29,212 nt of DNA from Solirubrobacterales bacterium (GTDB lineage: Bacteria; Actinomycetota; Thermoleophilia; Solirubrobacterales; 70-9), in assembly GCA_030152505.1 (NCBI GenBank), contig JASLJO010000088.1, forward strand, positions 1-29,212, in the 5' to 3' direction. A program made the position numbers and the translations under genes. Positions 1 through 8,574 of this stretch are shown here, one piece after another. Below the pieces are notes generated by a model. That model was not told the origin of the DNA. It did not search any database and was given only the letters and a program-made list of their open reading frames with translations. Numbering within the stretch: the stretch's first letter is position 1; every line of letters begins with the position of its first letter.

Positions 1-66
1 CATCGCCCGAGTGACGGAGACGGTCGCCCGGTCTCGGCATCGGCCCCGGAAGCCGCGTAGCGGGCC

Positions 67-570
67 ATGATCGACCTGACGATCGTCGGCACCGCGGTGA
101 TCTCTGGTGGGCTCGCGCTGGCAGGGGTGGGCCTGCAAGCACGCACGAGCAGGCGTCAGATGGCCCTGGAAAAACACATGCAGGAGCACAACGAGAGTGA
201 GCAACGGCGGCTGGAGCGCCGCAAGGTCTATGAGGCGGCAATCGACCTGCTGAGCGACTACAGCTGGGATTCCGCCGATCCCGACGCGCAGGCCGATGTG
301 GTCGACCGTTTCACGAAGCCGTTCGTGCAGATGGTCAATCGCATGCGGATCTACGGCAGCCCGGAGAGCGTGGCGGCGGTCGACGAGATCCAACGTGGGT
401 TCGCGCTGCTCAACGACGCTGCCGATGACCGGGCGATCGCCAACGCGTGGATAATCATCAACACGGGTATCGATCGCCTCTACGAAGCAGCCCGTACGGA
501 CGTCGGGCCCAGGCCCCAGGACGAATTGAAGAACGTCGATTTTCAGCCTGGGGCCGGCCCCAGGACCTAG
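67..570 (+). CDS. Hypothetical protein with N-terminal transmembrane anchor
   Basis: 167 aa ORF; hydrophobic N-terminus (LTIVGTAVISGGLALAGVGL) then charged helical region; no family motif recognised. Confidence 0.75.
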   Translation: MIDLTIVGTAVISGGLALAGVGLQARTSRRQMALEKHMQEHNESEQRRLERRKVYEAAIDLLSDYSWDSADPDAQADVVDRFTKPFVQMVNRMRIYGSPESVAAVDEIQRGFALLNDAADDRAIANAWIIINTGIDRLYEAARTDVGPRPQDELKNVDFQPGAGPRT

Positions 571-580
571 GAAGAGTGAG

Positions 581-988
581 ATGACGAGAAAAAGCGGCTC
601 GAAGGAGGGGAAGGGAGGAGACACTCCCTCTCAGCTGATCGACGCGAGGATCAAGGAGCTGGGCGATTGGCGGGGCGAGACGCTCACCCGGGTCCGGGCT
701 CTCGTCAAGCAGGCCGACCCCGAGGTGGTCGAGGAGTGGAAATGGAGAGGGGTTCCGGTGTGGGAGCACGCCGGAATCATCTGCACCGGTGAGACGTACA
801 AGAATGTCGTGAAGATGACCTTCGCCAAGGGCGCCTCGTTGGAGGACCCCTCGGGCCTCTTCAACTCCAGCCTCGAGGGCAACACCAGGCGTGCCATCGA
901 TCTCCATGAGGGCGACAGGATCGATGAAAAGGCACTGAAGGCGCTCATTCGCGCCGCCGTGGCACTGAACACGTCCTCGACCGGCTAG
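581..988 (+). CDS. DUF1801 (YdhG-like) domain protein
   Basis: Typical sequence IDARIKELGDWRGETL...EEWKWRGVPVWEHAGIICTGETYKNVVKMTFAKGASLEDPSGLFNSSLEGNTRRAID. Confidence 0.9.
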   Translation: MTRKSGSKEGKGGDTPSQLIDARIKELGDWRGETLTRVRALVKQADPEVVEEWKWRGVPVWEHAGIICTGETYKNVVKMTFAKGASLEDPSGLFNSSLEGNTRRAIDLHEGDRIDEKALKALIRAAVALNTSSTG

Positions 989-995
989 CCGGCGC

Positions 996-1625
996 GTGCT
1001 CGGCGACGATCTCAGGCTTCCGAACGCCGCGCATGAAACGCATCCGTGGGTGATCGCGCAGGTCGCGCCGGACTTCAAGTTGCTCGACGTCTGGCGGCTT
1101 CCGGCGCAAGGCCGGGCGGACGAGTTCCCCACCCTGGTCGAGCTCGTGACCTCTCTGGATCCGGCAAAGGGGGACTCGAGAGCCACTCGCGCGCTCTTTG
1201 CGCTGCGCTGGCGCCTGGGGGCATGGTTTGGCTGGGACGACGCCGCCACGACCACGCTTCCGGTCCCCGGCCGCACCGAGACGACGCTGAGCGCTCGCGT
1301 TCCAGACGATCTGCGAGACACCGTGACGCGGCCGGTTACGGTCGGCTCGGCGACGTTCGTGCCGATCTACCGGACTGACGACGAGTGGGCTGCCGAGATC
1401 TCGAATAGCACGGTGCACGCCGTGATGCACCTGGCATGGGTCGAGGAGGGCGCCGGTGTCCACCGCGGGCAGATGGGTGTCTACGTCAAGCCGCGCGGCA
1501 GGTTCGGGGCGGCGTACATGGCGCTGATCGGGCCCTTTCGACACCTCATCGTCTACCCGGCGCTGATGCGGCAGATCGCGCGCGCGTGGGACACCCGCCC
1601 CCGTGTGGACTCACCCGCCCGGTGA
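996..1625 (+). CDS. DUF2867 domain protein
   Basis: HPWVIAQVAPDFKLLDVW...LFALRWRLG...EWAAEISNSTVHAVMHL...YMALIGPFRHLIVYPALMR, characteristic of actinobacterial DUF2867. Confidence 0.85.
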   Translation: MLGDDLRLPNAAHETHPWVIAQVAPDFKLLDVWRLPAQGRADEFPTLVELVTSLDPAKGDSRATRALFALRWRLGAWFGWDDAATTTLPVPGRTETTLSARVPDDLRDTVTRPVTVGSATFVPIYRTDDEWAAEISNSTVHAVMHLAWVEEGAGVHRGQMGVYVKPRGRFGAAYMALIGPFRHLIVYPALMRQIARAWDTRPRVDSPAR

Positions 1626-1645
1626 ACGACCTCCGTGAGGACGCC

Positions 1646-2044
1646 ATGGTCGTCCTCTACGACGGCGACTGTGGGTTCTGCAAGGTCATGCTGGCGGTGC
1701 TGCTGAGGTGGGATCGGGCGCACCACCTCGACGCCGTGCCGATTCAATCCACGCTGGCCGAGCAGCTCCTGCAGGACATGTCCAGCCAGGATCGCCTCAA
1801 ATCGTGGCATCTCCTCGACGACGTCGGAACACTCCACTCGGGTGGTGCCGCGATACCCATGGTCTTCGCCACCCTGCCCCGCGGCGAGCTGCTCGCCCGC
1901 GTCGCGTCACGGTTCCCCCGCATCACGTCGCGTACGTACGAGTGGGTGGCGGGCCATCGTGTACTCCTCGGCCGATTGCTGGGAACGCGACCGCGCACCT
2001 GGGCCGCGCGAGTCATCGCTGAGACGTCAGCCCCGAGACGCTAG
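1646..2044 (+). CDS. DCC1-like thiol-disulfide oxidoreductase (DUF393)
   Basis: VVLYDGDCGFC N-terminal motif and YEWVAGHR C-terminal motif; start placed at ATG 1646 after GAGG (GTG 1622 is an alternative). Confidence 0.85.
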   Translation: MVVLYDGDCGFCKVMLAVLLRWDRAHHLDAVPIQSTLAEQLLQDMSSQDRLKSWHLLDDVGTLHSGGAAIPMVFATLPRGELLARVASRFPRITSRTYEWVAGHRVLLGRLLGTRPRTWAARVIAETSAPRR

Positions 2045-2120
2045 GACCGCTTCAACTCCCGGCACGGCCGAAGGCGCCAGGCCTCGAGAGCGTCTCCTCC
2101 AACGGCGGAACGGGGTGTGT

Positions 2121-2200
2121 TTGGAGTTTCCTCCAACCTATGATATAGATTTTCCGATTTCTCAAGATAATTTTACTGTACACCTATGAATGGAGGCAAC
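2121..2200 (+). promoter_or_regulatory. AT-rich promoter/operator region upstream of two orphan ORFs
   Basis: Inverted repeat TTGGAG-TTTC-CTCCAA (2121-2136), TATGAT -10-like (2139-2144), direct repeat ACCTATGA (2136-2143, 2182-2189), GGAGG SD before ATG 2203. Confidence 0.5.
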
Positions 2201-2202
2201 AG

Positions 2203-2487
2203 ATGGCAGCGAACCTTGCGTTCCGCTTTGACGACATCGCCGCCAACGGCAGCATCTCGGTCTTCCTCCACGGCTACGGAAACAAGGAAGCCGTCTCCTA
2301 CAGTGGCGTGGTCTTCGCCGGCACCGGGGCCGGCGTACCCTTTCCGGCCGGCCGCGCCCAGATCACCAGCGACGGTGAGATCTACCGCCACGTCGATCAG
2401 ACGGCGGCGCGAAAAGTGTACGTCCGCAATCTCGCCCCGTTCAACTCATGTCTGGTCGACATCCTGCAAATAACCGAGCGCTTCTAG
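2203..2487 (+). CDS. Hypothetical protein (94 aa, predicted beta-rich)
   Basis: Good SD, GC-rich third positions, globular-looking composition; no family recognised. Confidence 0.75.
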   Translation: MAANLAFRFDDIAANGSISVFLHGYGNKEAVSYSGVVFAGTGAGVPFPAGRAQITSDGEIYRHVDQTAARKVYVRNLAPFNSCLVDILQITERF

Positions 2488-2500
2488 GGAGGAGCAGAAC

Positions 2501-2728
2501 ATGGCACGAGTCAAGGCATTCATCTGGCACAGCGTCACCGGCGAGGTGATCGCGGTCGGACGACCGATGGGCGACACCAGGGCCATCCCCCTCCCCGGTG
2601 AGGACCAGGGCGTACTCGAGGCCGAGCTCGACAGCGAGAACCTGGCCGACCTCCGCAGCACCCACCTGGTCGACGTCGAGCGCGGTCAGCTCGTCCGTCA
2701 GGGCCAGGACCGGCCAAGCGCCGAGTGA
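2501..2728 (+). CDS. Hypothetical protein (75 aa)
   Basis: Strong SD GGGAGGAG 13 nt after the upstream stop; operonic with 2203-2487. Confidence 0.75.
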   Translation: MARVKAFIWHSVTGEVIAVGRPMGDTRAIPLPGEDQGVLEAELDSENLADLRSTHLVDVERGQLVRQGQDRPSAE

Positions 2729-2799
2729 CACCTGCCCCGCTCGGCGAGCCGGCTTTCGACACCGTATGGATGTCGAGAGCCGGCTCGGCCGGCGGCGTG

Positions 2800-3450
2800 T
2801 CAACCGCCGAGCCCGCCGAGAAACGCGAAAGGGCTTGGGGGGCGCTCGGCGTAAGCGGCCTGCCAGGTGCCCTCGACGCTGACCTGGGCATCCGCTGGAG
2901 CCTCGTTGCGGATCCGCTCGGCGAGGGCCTTGGCACTGTCCTCATCTGAAGCGCCGACGAGCAGGTACCGCCAGCGATGGACCGTCGGCAGGCCCTCGCT
3001 CCTGAGCCGCTCGGACAAGCGGAGCGCATCGTGGCGGGAGGGGAGGTCGACCCGGACCTCGAATTCGGGATAGCCGTTCCCCTCGGCTTCGCGGCGCTCA
3101 TCCGCCATCAGCTCGTCGCGCTCGGCCTTGACGGCGGCCTCGCTTTCGGGAAGCGGCTCGTCCGGGTCCTCCCAATCCTCGGCAACCGGATGCCAGCGCT
3201 TCAGCTCGACGTCGGCGCTCCACTCCTCGTGCTGCTCGTCAAGAGTGAGGATGAGCCGGCGCGCGCTTTCGGCCTGCTCCCTCGTGCCCGCGTAGAGAAA
3301 GACCCTCGCGTCGTTGCGGCTGACGATCACCCGATCGTGGAAGGCCTCGCTGAGATCGTGCTCGAGCTCACGCGCCTCGAGTCGCTCGACCAGCTCGGAC
3401 AGATGCCCGGGATCGTGAAGGTCGACCTGAAGCCGCCAGTCATCGTTCAT
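2800..3450 (-). CDS. Hypothetical acidic protein with two related alpha/beta repeats
   Basis: Start at ATG 3450 (MNDDWRLQVDL); upstream part of the track ORF overlaps a real + strand gene. Confidence 0.8.
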   Translation of the reverse strand: MNDDWRLQVDLHDPGHLSELVERLEARELEHDLSEAFHDRVIVSRNDARVFLYAGTREQAESARRLILTLDEQHEEWSADVELKRWHPVAEDWEDPDEPLPESEAAVKAERDELMADERREAEGNGYPEFEVRVDLPSRHDALRLSERLRSEGLPTVHRWRYLLVGASDEDSAKALAERIRNEAPADAQVSVEGTWQAAYAERPPSPFAFLGGLGG

Positions 3451-3477
3451 GCCGGCCCGACACAGTACGGTGTCCGC

Positions 3478-3810
3478 GTGAGACCGGAGCGCGCCCGAGA
3501 ACTGCTCGCCGCGGAGCGAGGGGAGATCGAAAAGGAGATCGCAGCCGCCCAGCGCGGAGGACCGCTGGAGGGGAACGAGCGGATGGAGCCCGGCGACGAG
3601 GGCTCGGAGGACCTCTACCAGGACGAGTTCGACGCCGGCCGCCTCGACGACCTGCAGCAGCGACTCGCGGCCGTGGAACGGGCCGAAGAGCGCCTCGCGG
3701 CGGGGACCTACGGGCTCTCGGTCCGCAGCGGCGAACCGATTCCCGACGAGCGCCTCGAGGCCTCGCCGACCGCCGAGCTGACGGTCGAGGAGTCCGAACA
3801 CGCAGCCTGA
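3478..3810 (+). CDS. DksA/TraR-like protein lacking zinc-finger cysteines
   Basis: Coiled coil then AVERAEERLAAGTYGLSVRSGEPIPDERLEASPTAELTVEE, matching the DksA C-terminal pattern; GTG 6 nt after TACGGT. Confidence 0.85.
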   Translation: MRPERARELLAAERGEIEKEIAAAQRGGPLEGNERMEPGDEGSEDLYQDEFDAGRLDDLQQRLAAVERAEERLAAGTYGLSVRSGEPIPDERLEASPTAELTVEESEHAA

Positions 3811-3835
3811 GATGCGGCGCTGAGCCGGACCTCGC

Positions 3836-4507
3836 TCAGAGCGAATCGACCAAGGCGACGGTGAAGCCGTCGTAGCCCTTGGCGCTGACCATCTGGATCG
3901 TCGTCGCGTCGACGCGTGGGTCGGCGGCGATCGCCTCGTGCAGGGCACGCTGTGCACGGGTGATCTCGTCGTCGCTGTCCGCTTCGGCCAGGGTGCCGCC
4001 GCGGACGACGTTGTCGACGACGATCAGGCTGCCGGGGCGGCAATTGTCCAGCGACCAGGCCAGGTACTCGGGGCTGTGGACCTTGTCGGCGTCGATGAAG
4101 ACCAGGTCGAAGGGCCCGGCGCCCTCGGCGGCGAGCGCCGGCAAACTCTCCAGGGCCGGCCCGACGCGCACCTCGACCACCTCGCCCAGGCCGGCGCGGG
4201 CAATGCTCTCGCGCGCCACCGCGGCGTAGTCAGGGTCGGCCTCCAGGGTGATCAGGGTGCCGCCCTCGGACAGCGCCCGACCCAGCCAGATCGTGCTGTA
4301 GCCGGCGAGCGTGCCGAACTCGAGGATCGCCCTCGCCCCGATCGTCTTCGCCAACAGGTACAGCAGCTTTCCCTGCGGCGGCGAGACCTGGATCGCCGGC
4401 AACCCCGCCTCGGCGCCGGCGCTCAGCGCGGTGTCGAGCACCTCGTCATGCGGCGCCAGCAACCCGCCCACGTACTCGTCGACCGCCGTCCACTGGTCCT
4501 GTGCCAT
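3836..4507 (-). CDS. SAM-dependent O-methyltransferase (COMT/caffeoyl-CoA OMT-like)
   Basis: ILEFGTLAGYSTIW, FDLVFIDADK, IVVDNVV, KGYDGF motifs. Confidence 0.93.
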   Translation of the reverse strand: MAQDQWTAVDEYVGGLLAPHDEVLDTALSAGAEAGLPAIQVSPPQGKLLYLLAKTIGARAILEFGTLAGYSTIWLGRALSEGGTLITLEADPDYAAVARESIARAGLGEVVEVRVGPALESLPALAAEGAGPFDLVFIDADKVHSPEYLAWSLDNCRPGSLIVVDNVVRGGTLAEADSDDEITRAQRALHEAIAADPRVDATTIQMVSAKGYDGFTVALVDSL

Positions 4508-4575
4508 AGGGGGTGTGTATCAGGAGCGCCCGGCCCCGGCCCTACCCGGCGAGGCTCGCCGGGTAGCCTTTTCGC

Positions 4576-6153
4576 GTGCCCGGTCCGGCGCATCGCGTGC
4601 TCTCGGAGTCGCAGCTGGCGACGCTGGCGGAGCATGGCGAGGAACGGCGGGCCGAAGCCGGCGAGAAGCTGTTCGAGATCGGCGACGAGAGCTATCCCTT
4701 CATCGCCATCGTCGAAGGCGAGGCCGCGGTGATCGACGCCGCCGGGCGGGAGATCGTCCGCCACGGCGACTCCGGCTTCCTCGGCGAGATGAACCTGCTC
4801 TCCGGACAGACCGTCTTCCTCACCGCCGTCGCCACCGAGCCGATGCGCTACATCGCGGTCGAGCGCGAAGTGCTGCGCGGGCTGCTCTTCGAGGACGCCT
4901 CGCTCTCCGACCTGCTCCTCTCCGCCTTCGTCCAGCGCCGGGAGCTGCTGCAGCAGCGCCAGGGGATCGGCATCGAGATCGTCGGCCCGCGTGAGCAGGC
5001 CGACACCCGACGGCTGCTCGACTTCGCCAAGAGCCTGCGCCTGCCCAACGCCTGGGTCGACCCCGCCGAGGACGCCGAGGCGGCGGCACTGGTAGAGCGC
5101 GCCGGGCCGGACGCGTTGCCGCTGGTGCGGCTGCCGGGTGGCATCGAGCTGCGCCGGCCGAGCAACGGCGAGCTCTCGCGGGCACTCGGGATCGGGCTCG
5201 AGCTGCCGCGGCGAGAGGAGGTCGACCTGCTGGTCGTCGGCGGTGGGCCGGCCGGCCTCGGCGCCGCCGTCTATGGCGCCTCGGAGGGACTCGACACGCT
5301 GGTGATCGAGAGCACGGTCCTCGGGGGCCAGGCGGGCACCTCGCGGCGGATCGAGAACTACCTCGGCTTTCCCGCCGGCATCAGCGGCACCGAGCTGACC
5401 AGCCGGGCGATCGCCCAGGCGCGCAAGTTCCGTGCCCGCACGGCGACGCCCTATCGCGCCCGCACGCTGGAGCCCGGCAACGGCCGCCACACGGTCAAGC
5501 TCGACGAAGGCAACGAAATCTCGGCGCGCGCGGTGCTGCTCGCCACCGGCGCCGAATACCGCCGCCTGCCGGTCGACGACCTCGACGAATACGAGGGGAT
5601 CAGCGTCTTCTACGCCGCCGGACCGCCCGAGGCGCAGCTCTGCGGCGCCCAGCGGGTCGGCGTGATCGGCGGCGGCAACTCGGCCGCGCAGGCGGCCGTC
5701 TGGCTCGCCCGCGGCGGCGCCCTCGTCACCCTCCTGCACCGCCGTACCGACCTCAGCGAGACGATGTCCCACTACCTGATCGAGGAGCTCGAGCGCTACG
5801 GCGTCGCCGTCCGCGACCGCAGCGAAGTGGCCGCCCTGCACGGCAAGGAGGGCCGACTCGACGCCGTCAGCCTCACCGACGGGGCGGAGCTGCCGCTCTC
5901 CTTCCTCTTCCTCTTCCTCGGCGCTTCGCCCTGCACCGAGTGGCTGGGCGAGACGGTGGCCCGCGACCCAAAGGGCTTCATCCTCACCGGCCCCGAGGCC
6001 GGCGCCGACGGCCTGCTCGAGACCAGCGTTCCCGGCGTCTACGCCGCCGGTGACGTCCGCGCCGGTTCGATCAAGCGCTGCGCCACCGCCGTCGGTGAGG
6101 GCGCCACCGTCGTCCGCTTCGTCCACGAGCGCCTGGCGTCCGCGGCCGCCTAG
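4576..6153 (+). CDS. cNMP-binding domain + thioredoxin-reductase-like FAD/NAD(P)H oxidoreductase
   Basis: N-terminal cNMP fold (LFEIGD...FLGEMNLL), GGGPAG, IENYLGFPAGISG, GGGNSA, ETSVPGVYAAGDVR; GTG 6 nt after TAGCCT. Confidence 0.92.
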   Translation: MPGPAHRVLSESQLATLAEHGEERRAEAGEKLFEIGDESYPFIAIVEGEAAVIDAAGREIVRHGDSGFLGEMNLLSGQTVFLTAVATEPMRYIAVEREVLRGLLFEDASLSDLLLSAFVQRRELLQQRQGIGIEIVGPREQADTRRLLDFAKSLRLPNAWVDPAEDAEAAALVERAGPDALPLVRLPGGIELRRPSNGELSRALGIGLELPRREEVDLLVVGGGPAGLGAAVYGASEGLDTLVIESTVLGGQAGTSRRIENYLGFPAGISGTELTSRAIAQARKFRARTATPYRARTLEPGNGRHTVKLDEGNEISARAVLLATGAEYRRLPVDDLDEYEGISVFYAAGPPEAQLCGAQRVGVIGGGNSAAQAAVWLARGGALVTLLHRRTDLSETMSHYLIEELERYGVAVRDRSEVAALHGKEGRLDAVSLTDGAELPLSFLFLFLGASPCTEWLGETVARDPKGFILTGPEAGADGLLETSVPGVYAAGDVRAGSIKRCATAVGEGATVVRFVHERLASAAA

Positions 6154-6159
6154 GAGGGT

Positions 6160-7443
6160 CTAGCGTTTGCCTTTGTCGCCCTCTCCCTTGCCGGCGGCAA
6201 GCAGGTTGCCGACGACGCCGACCCGGAAGCCGAGCCAGGGGTAGGTGAGATCGTAGAAGGGATTGTCCTGGGGTTGCAGGCCGACCGCCGAGAGCCATAG
6301 CTGGTAGGCGGGGGCGTTGGCGATGCCACCGTGCAGGCGACGCCAGACGCGGCCGTCGCTGCGCCCGCTCGGCGGCAGGGTGATCGTGTCGGTCCACTCG
6401 ACCGCGTTGCCTCCCTGGTCGAGCGTGCCCCAGGGCGAGGGCGTCTTTGCCCCTCCGACCGTGCTGAGGCTGCCCTGGTAGAACGTGGCGTAGGTGGTCG
6501 GGTCGATGCCGAAGGGATTGACGCCGGCACAGGCTTCGGCGGAGATCGTCGCCGGGCACCAGGTCGGCGCCGCGCCACCTGAGGCGTGGTAGTCGGCCAA
6601 CGGCTGCGTCGCGGCGTTGGTGACCTTGCCGGTGGTGGGATCAAGCGTGGTGACGCTGGGCGCGGTCGCCGTCCCGTCGCCGAAGACGCCGGCGTTGGTC
6701 GGGTACTTCCAGTAGGAGTCGGTGCCGCCGCCCTTCGGGTCGTAGTAGGCCGCCTTGATCCACTCGTCCTGACTGGGGACGACGAAGCCCCGCTTGCGGG
6801 CACGGGTCGCCCCGGTCCGCTTCTGCCGGGCGAGGTCGTACATGCCGCGCCCGGTCTGCCTGGAGAGGCGCACCCGGTAGGTGACGTACTTGAAGGCGCC
6901 GCTGCGACTGGCCTGCCGGGAGAGCACCTGGCCGTTGTCGAGGGAGTTGACGAAGCGGGCGGCGCGCAGGAAGTTGGCGAAGCCGTAGGGCTTGTCGGAC
7001 CATTCCGGGAAGGCGACCGAGTAGTGCCTGCCGGGCGGGCCGCCGGCCTTGATGTCGATCTGGCCGTACTTTGGCCAGCCGGAGGCGCTCTCCGTCGGGT
7101 CGTAGAGATGCTGCTTGTCGCGCCCCGTCGGATCGACGAAGTTGAGGAACTTCACCCACTGGGCGACGGTGATCTCCAACTGGCCGATGCCATAGCGGTA
7201 GCCGACGCCGCCGACGAGTTGGCAGGCGGGCTGGGCCTGCGGCGCTTCCCCGCACGACCTGTAGATGGCGTCGGTGAAGGGGACGATGCCCACCGAGGGG
7301 TTGCCGGGGGCACCGACGGCGACTGTCTTGATCGAGACGACCGCGCCCTTGCCGGCGGCGCCCGCCGTGGCCGGCGCGGCGAGGGCGAGGAACGCGAACA
7401 CGGCTGTCGTCAGCCGGCGGACTCTCATGCGTCGGTGCTTCAT
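6160..7443 (-). CDS. Secreted FGE/SUMF1-fold (SUMF1/EgtB/PvdO family) protein
   Basis: Signal peptide; IGQLEITVAQWVKFLN, VPSQDEWIKAAYYDP, SPWGTLDQGGNAVEW, LGFRV motifs; exact start uncertain (7452/7443/7428). Confidence 0.8.
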   Translation of the reverse strand: MKHRRMRVRRLTTAVFAFLALAAPATAGAAGKGAVVSIKTVAVGAPGNPSVGIVPFTDAIYRSCGEAPQAQPACQLVGGVGYRYGIGQLEITVAQWVKFLNFVDPTGRDKQHLYDPTESASGWPKYGQIDIKAGGPPGRHYSVAFPEWSDKPYGFANFLRAARFVNSLDNGQVLSRQASRSGAFKYVTYRVRLSRQTGRGMYDLARQKRTGATRARKRGFVVPSQDEWIKAAYYDPKGGGTDSYWKYPTNAGVFGDGTATAPSVTTLDPTTGKVTNAATQPLADYHASGGAAPTWCPATISAEACAGVNPFGIDPTTYATFYQGSLSTVGGAKTPSPWGTLDQGGNAVEWTDTITLPPSGRSDGRVWRRLHGGIANAPAYQLWLSAVGLQPQDNPFYDLTYPWLGFRVGVVGNLLAAGKGEGDKGKR

Positions 7444-7504
7444 CGCGGCCACCCAATTCGTCGGCGCCGGCGATTCGCCTGCAAAAGGAGGACATGCGTA
7501 CCCT

Positions 7505-8077
7505 GTGCCGATCGGCGGACGGACGAGAAGGGCGGTGGCGCTTTCCTGCGCGGGGGTCGTCGCCCTGGCGATGGCGACGAGCGCCGCCGTCGCTACCGGC
7601 GAGGCGGTTCCGTGGGGCTATAGCTGCACCCCGGTGTCGAGCCAGGCGCCGCGCACGAGCGCCACCTGCGGCGCCGAGCTGATCGACGGAAAGGCGATCC
7701 TGCCGCCGGGTGCGCCGCCGCGGGTCGAGGCCGTGATCGCCACGGCGAACCGCCTCGTCCACAAGCCCTACGTCTGGGGAGGCGGGCACCTGAGCTGGTG
7801 GAGCCGCGGCTACGACTGCTCCGGCGCGGTCGGCTTCGCCCTGCACGGTGCGGGCATGCTCGAGACGACGATGGTCTCCGGCCAGCTCGCCCATTGGGGG
7901 CTCGGCGGGCTGGGGCGCTGGATCACCGTCTACGCCAACGCCGAGCACGTCTACATGGTGGTCGCCGGCCTTCGCTTCGACACCCGCGGCGACCTGCCCG
8001 GTGTGAGCGGCCCGCGCTGGCACGCTGAACGGGTCGATCCGCGCAAGTTCGTCGCCCGCCACCCGGCCGGGCTCTGA
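7505..8077 (+). CDS. Secreted NlpC/P60 (C40) family peptidase
   Basis: KPYVWGGGH...GYDCSG (catalytic Cys)...HVYM (His); signal peptide-like N-terminus; start uncertain (GTG 7505). Confidence 0.85.
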   Translation: MPIGGRTRRAVALSCAGVVALAMATSAAVATGEAVPWGYSCTPVSSQAPRTSATCGAELIDGKAILPPGAPPRVEAVIATANRLVHKPYVWGGGHLSWWSRGYDCSGAVGFALHGAGMLETTMVSGQLAHWGLGGLGRWITVYANAEHVYMVVAGLRFDTRGDLPGVSGPRWHAERVDPRKFVARHPAGL

Positions 8078-8093
8078 ACCAGCCGGCGCCGGG

Positions 8094-8540
8094 TCAGCTC
8101 GCCGAGAGCTGCTTGACGAGGCGCCGCATCGACCTGGCATTGACGCGACGGACGAAGGCGCGACTCAGCGGCGGGACCAGCCGTTCGGCCCGCGAGGCCT
8201 GCAGCCACTCCAGCTCGAAGCTGATCCTGGTGCCGCCGTCGGGCAGCGCCTCCAGCCGGTAGATGCCGCGGGTGCGCCGCTTGCCGCCGGCGCCCACTCC
8301 CTCCTCGACGATGCGGCTCGGCGGCTCGGCCTCGACCACCTCGAAGTCGGTCCAGTCCTGCGAGCCGATCGTGTTCGCCCTGGCCCGCGCCCGCGCGCCG
8401 ACGCCGCGCGCCGGACCGGAGAACTCCCAGTCGACCAGCCAGTGATCGAGGAAGCCCTCGTGATTGGCGAGCAGGTCAAGGAAGTCGTAGACCTCCCGCG
8501 CGGGCGTCGCCACGGTGGCAGTGACGGTGACGGGCTTCAT
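8094..8540 (-). CDS. SRPBCC (polyketide cyclase/dehydrase) family protein
   Basis: MKPVTVTATVATPAREVYDFL...GVGA...EAEPPSRI...GGTRISF; ATG 7 nt after TAGGAT. Confidence 0.88.
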   Translation of the reverse strand: MKPVTVTATVATPAREVYDFLDLLANHEGFLDHWLVDWEFSGPARGVGARARARANTIGSQDWTDFEVVEAEPPSRIVEEGVGAGGKRRTRGIYRLEALPDGGTRISFELEWLQASRAERLVPPLSRAFVRRVNARSMRRLVKQLSAS

Positions 8541-8547
8541 CGCCGCG

Positions 8548-8568
8548 ATCCTATGCCTCGCATAGGCT
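8548..8568. promoter_or_regulatory. Back-to-back -10 boxes in an inverted repeat (divergent leaderless promoters)
   Basis: CCTATGC-CTC-GCATAGG (8550-8566); TAGGAT on - strand 7 nt before ATG 8540; TAGGCT on + strand 6 nt before ATG 8575. Confidence 0.55.
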
Positions 8569-8574
8569 TTCGTC

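Noticed and set aside
2725..2949. 74 aa ORF overlapping the 2728 stop as a third cassette gene
   Set aside because: Mostly antisense to the well-supported 2800-3450 gene; no recognisable features.
4504..4514. CCATAGGGGG identical to the centre of the 9895 palindrome
   Set aside because: No flanking inverted arms; it simply overlaps the O-methyltransferase start codon.
7486..7682. AGGAGG followed by ATG 7494 (62 aa ORF) as a gene or frameshifted NlpC/P60 start
   Set aside because: SD-ATG spacing is only 2 nt, the peptide looks non-coding, and an in-frame GTG at 7505 gives a plausible signal peptide.
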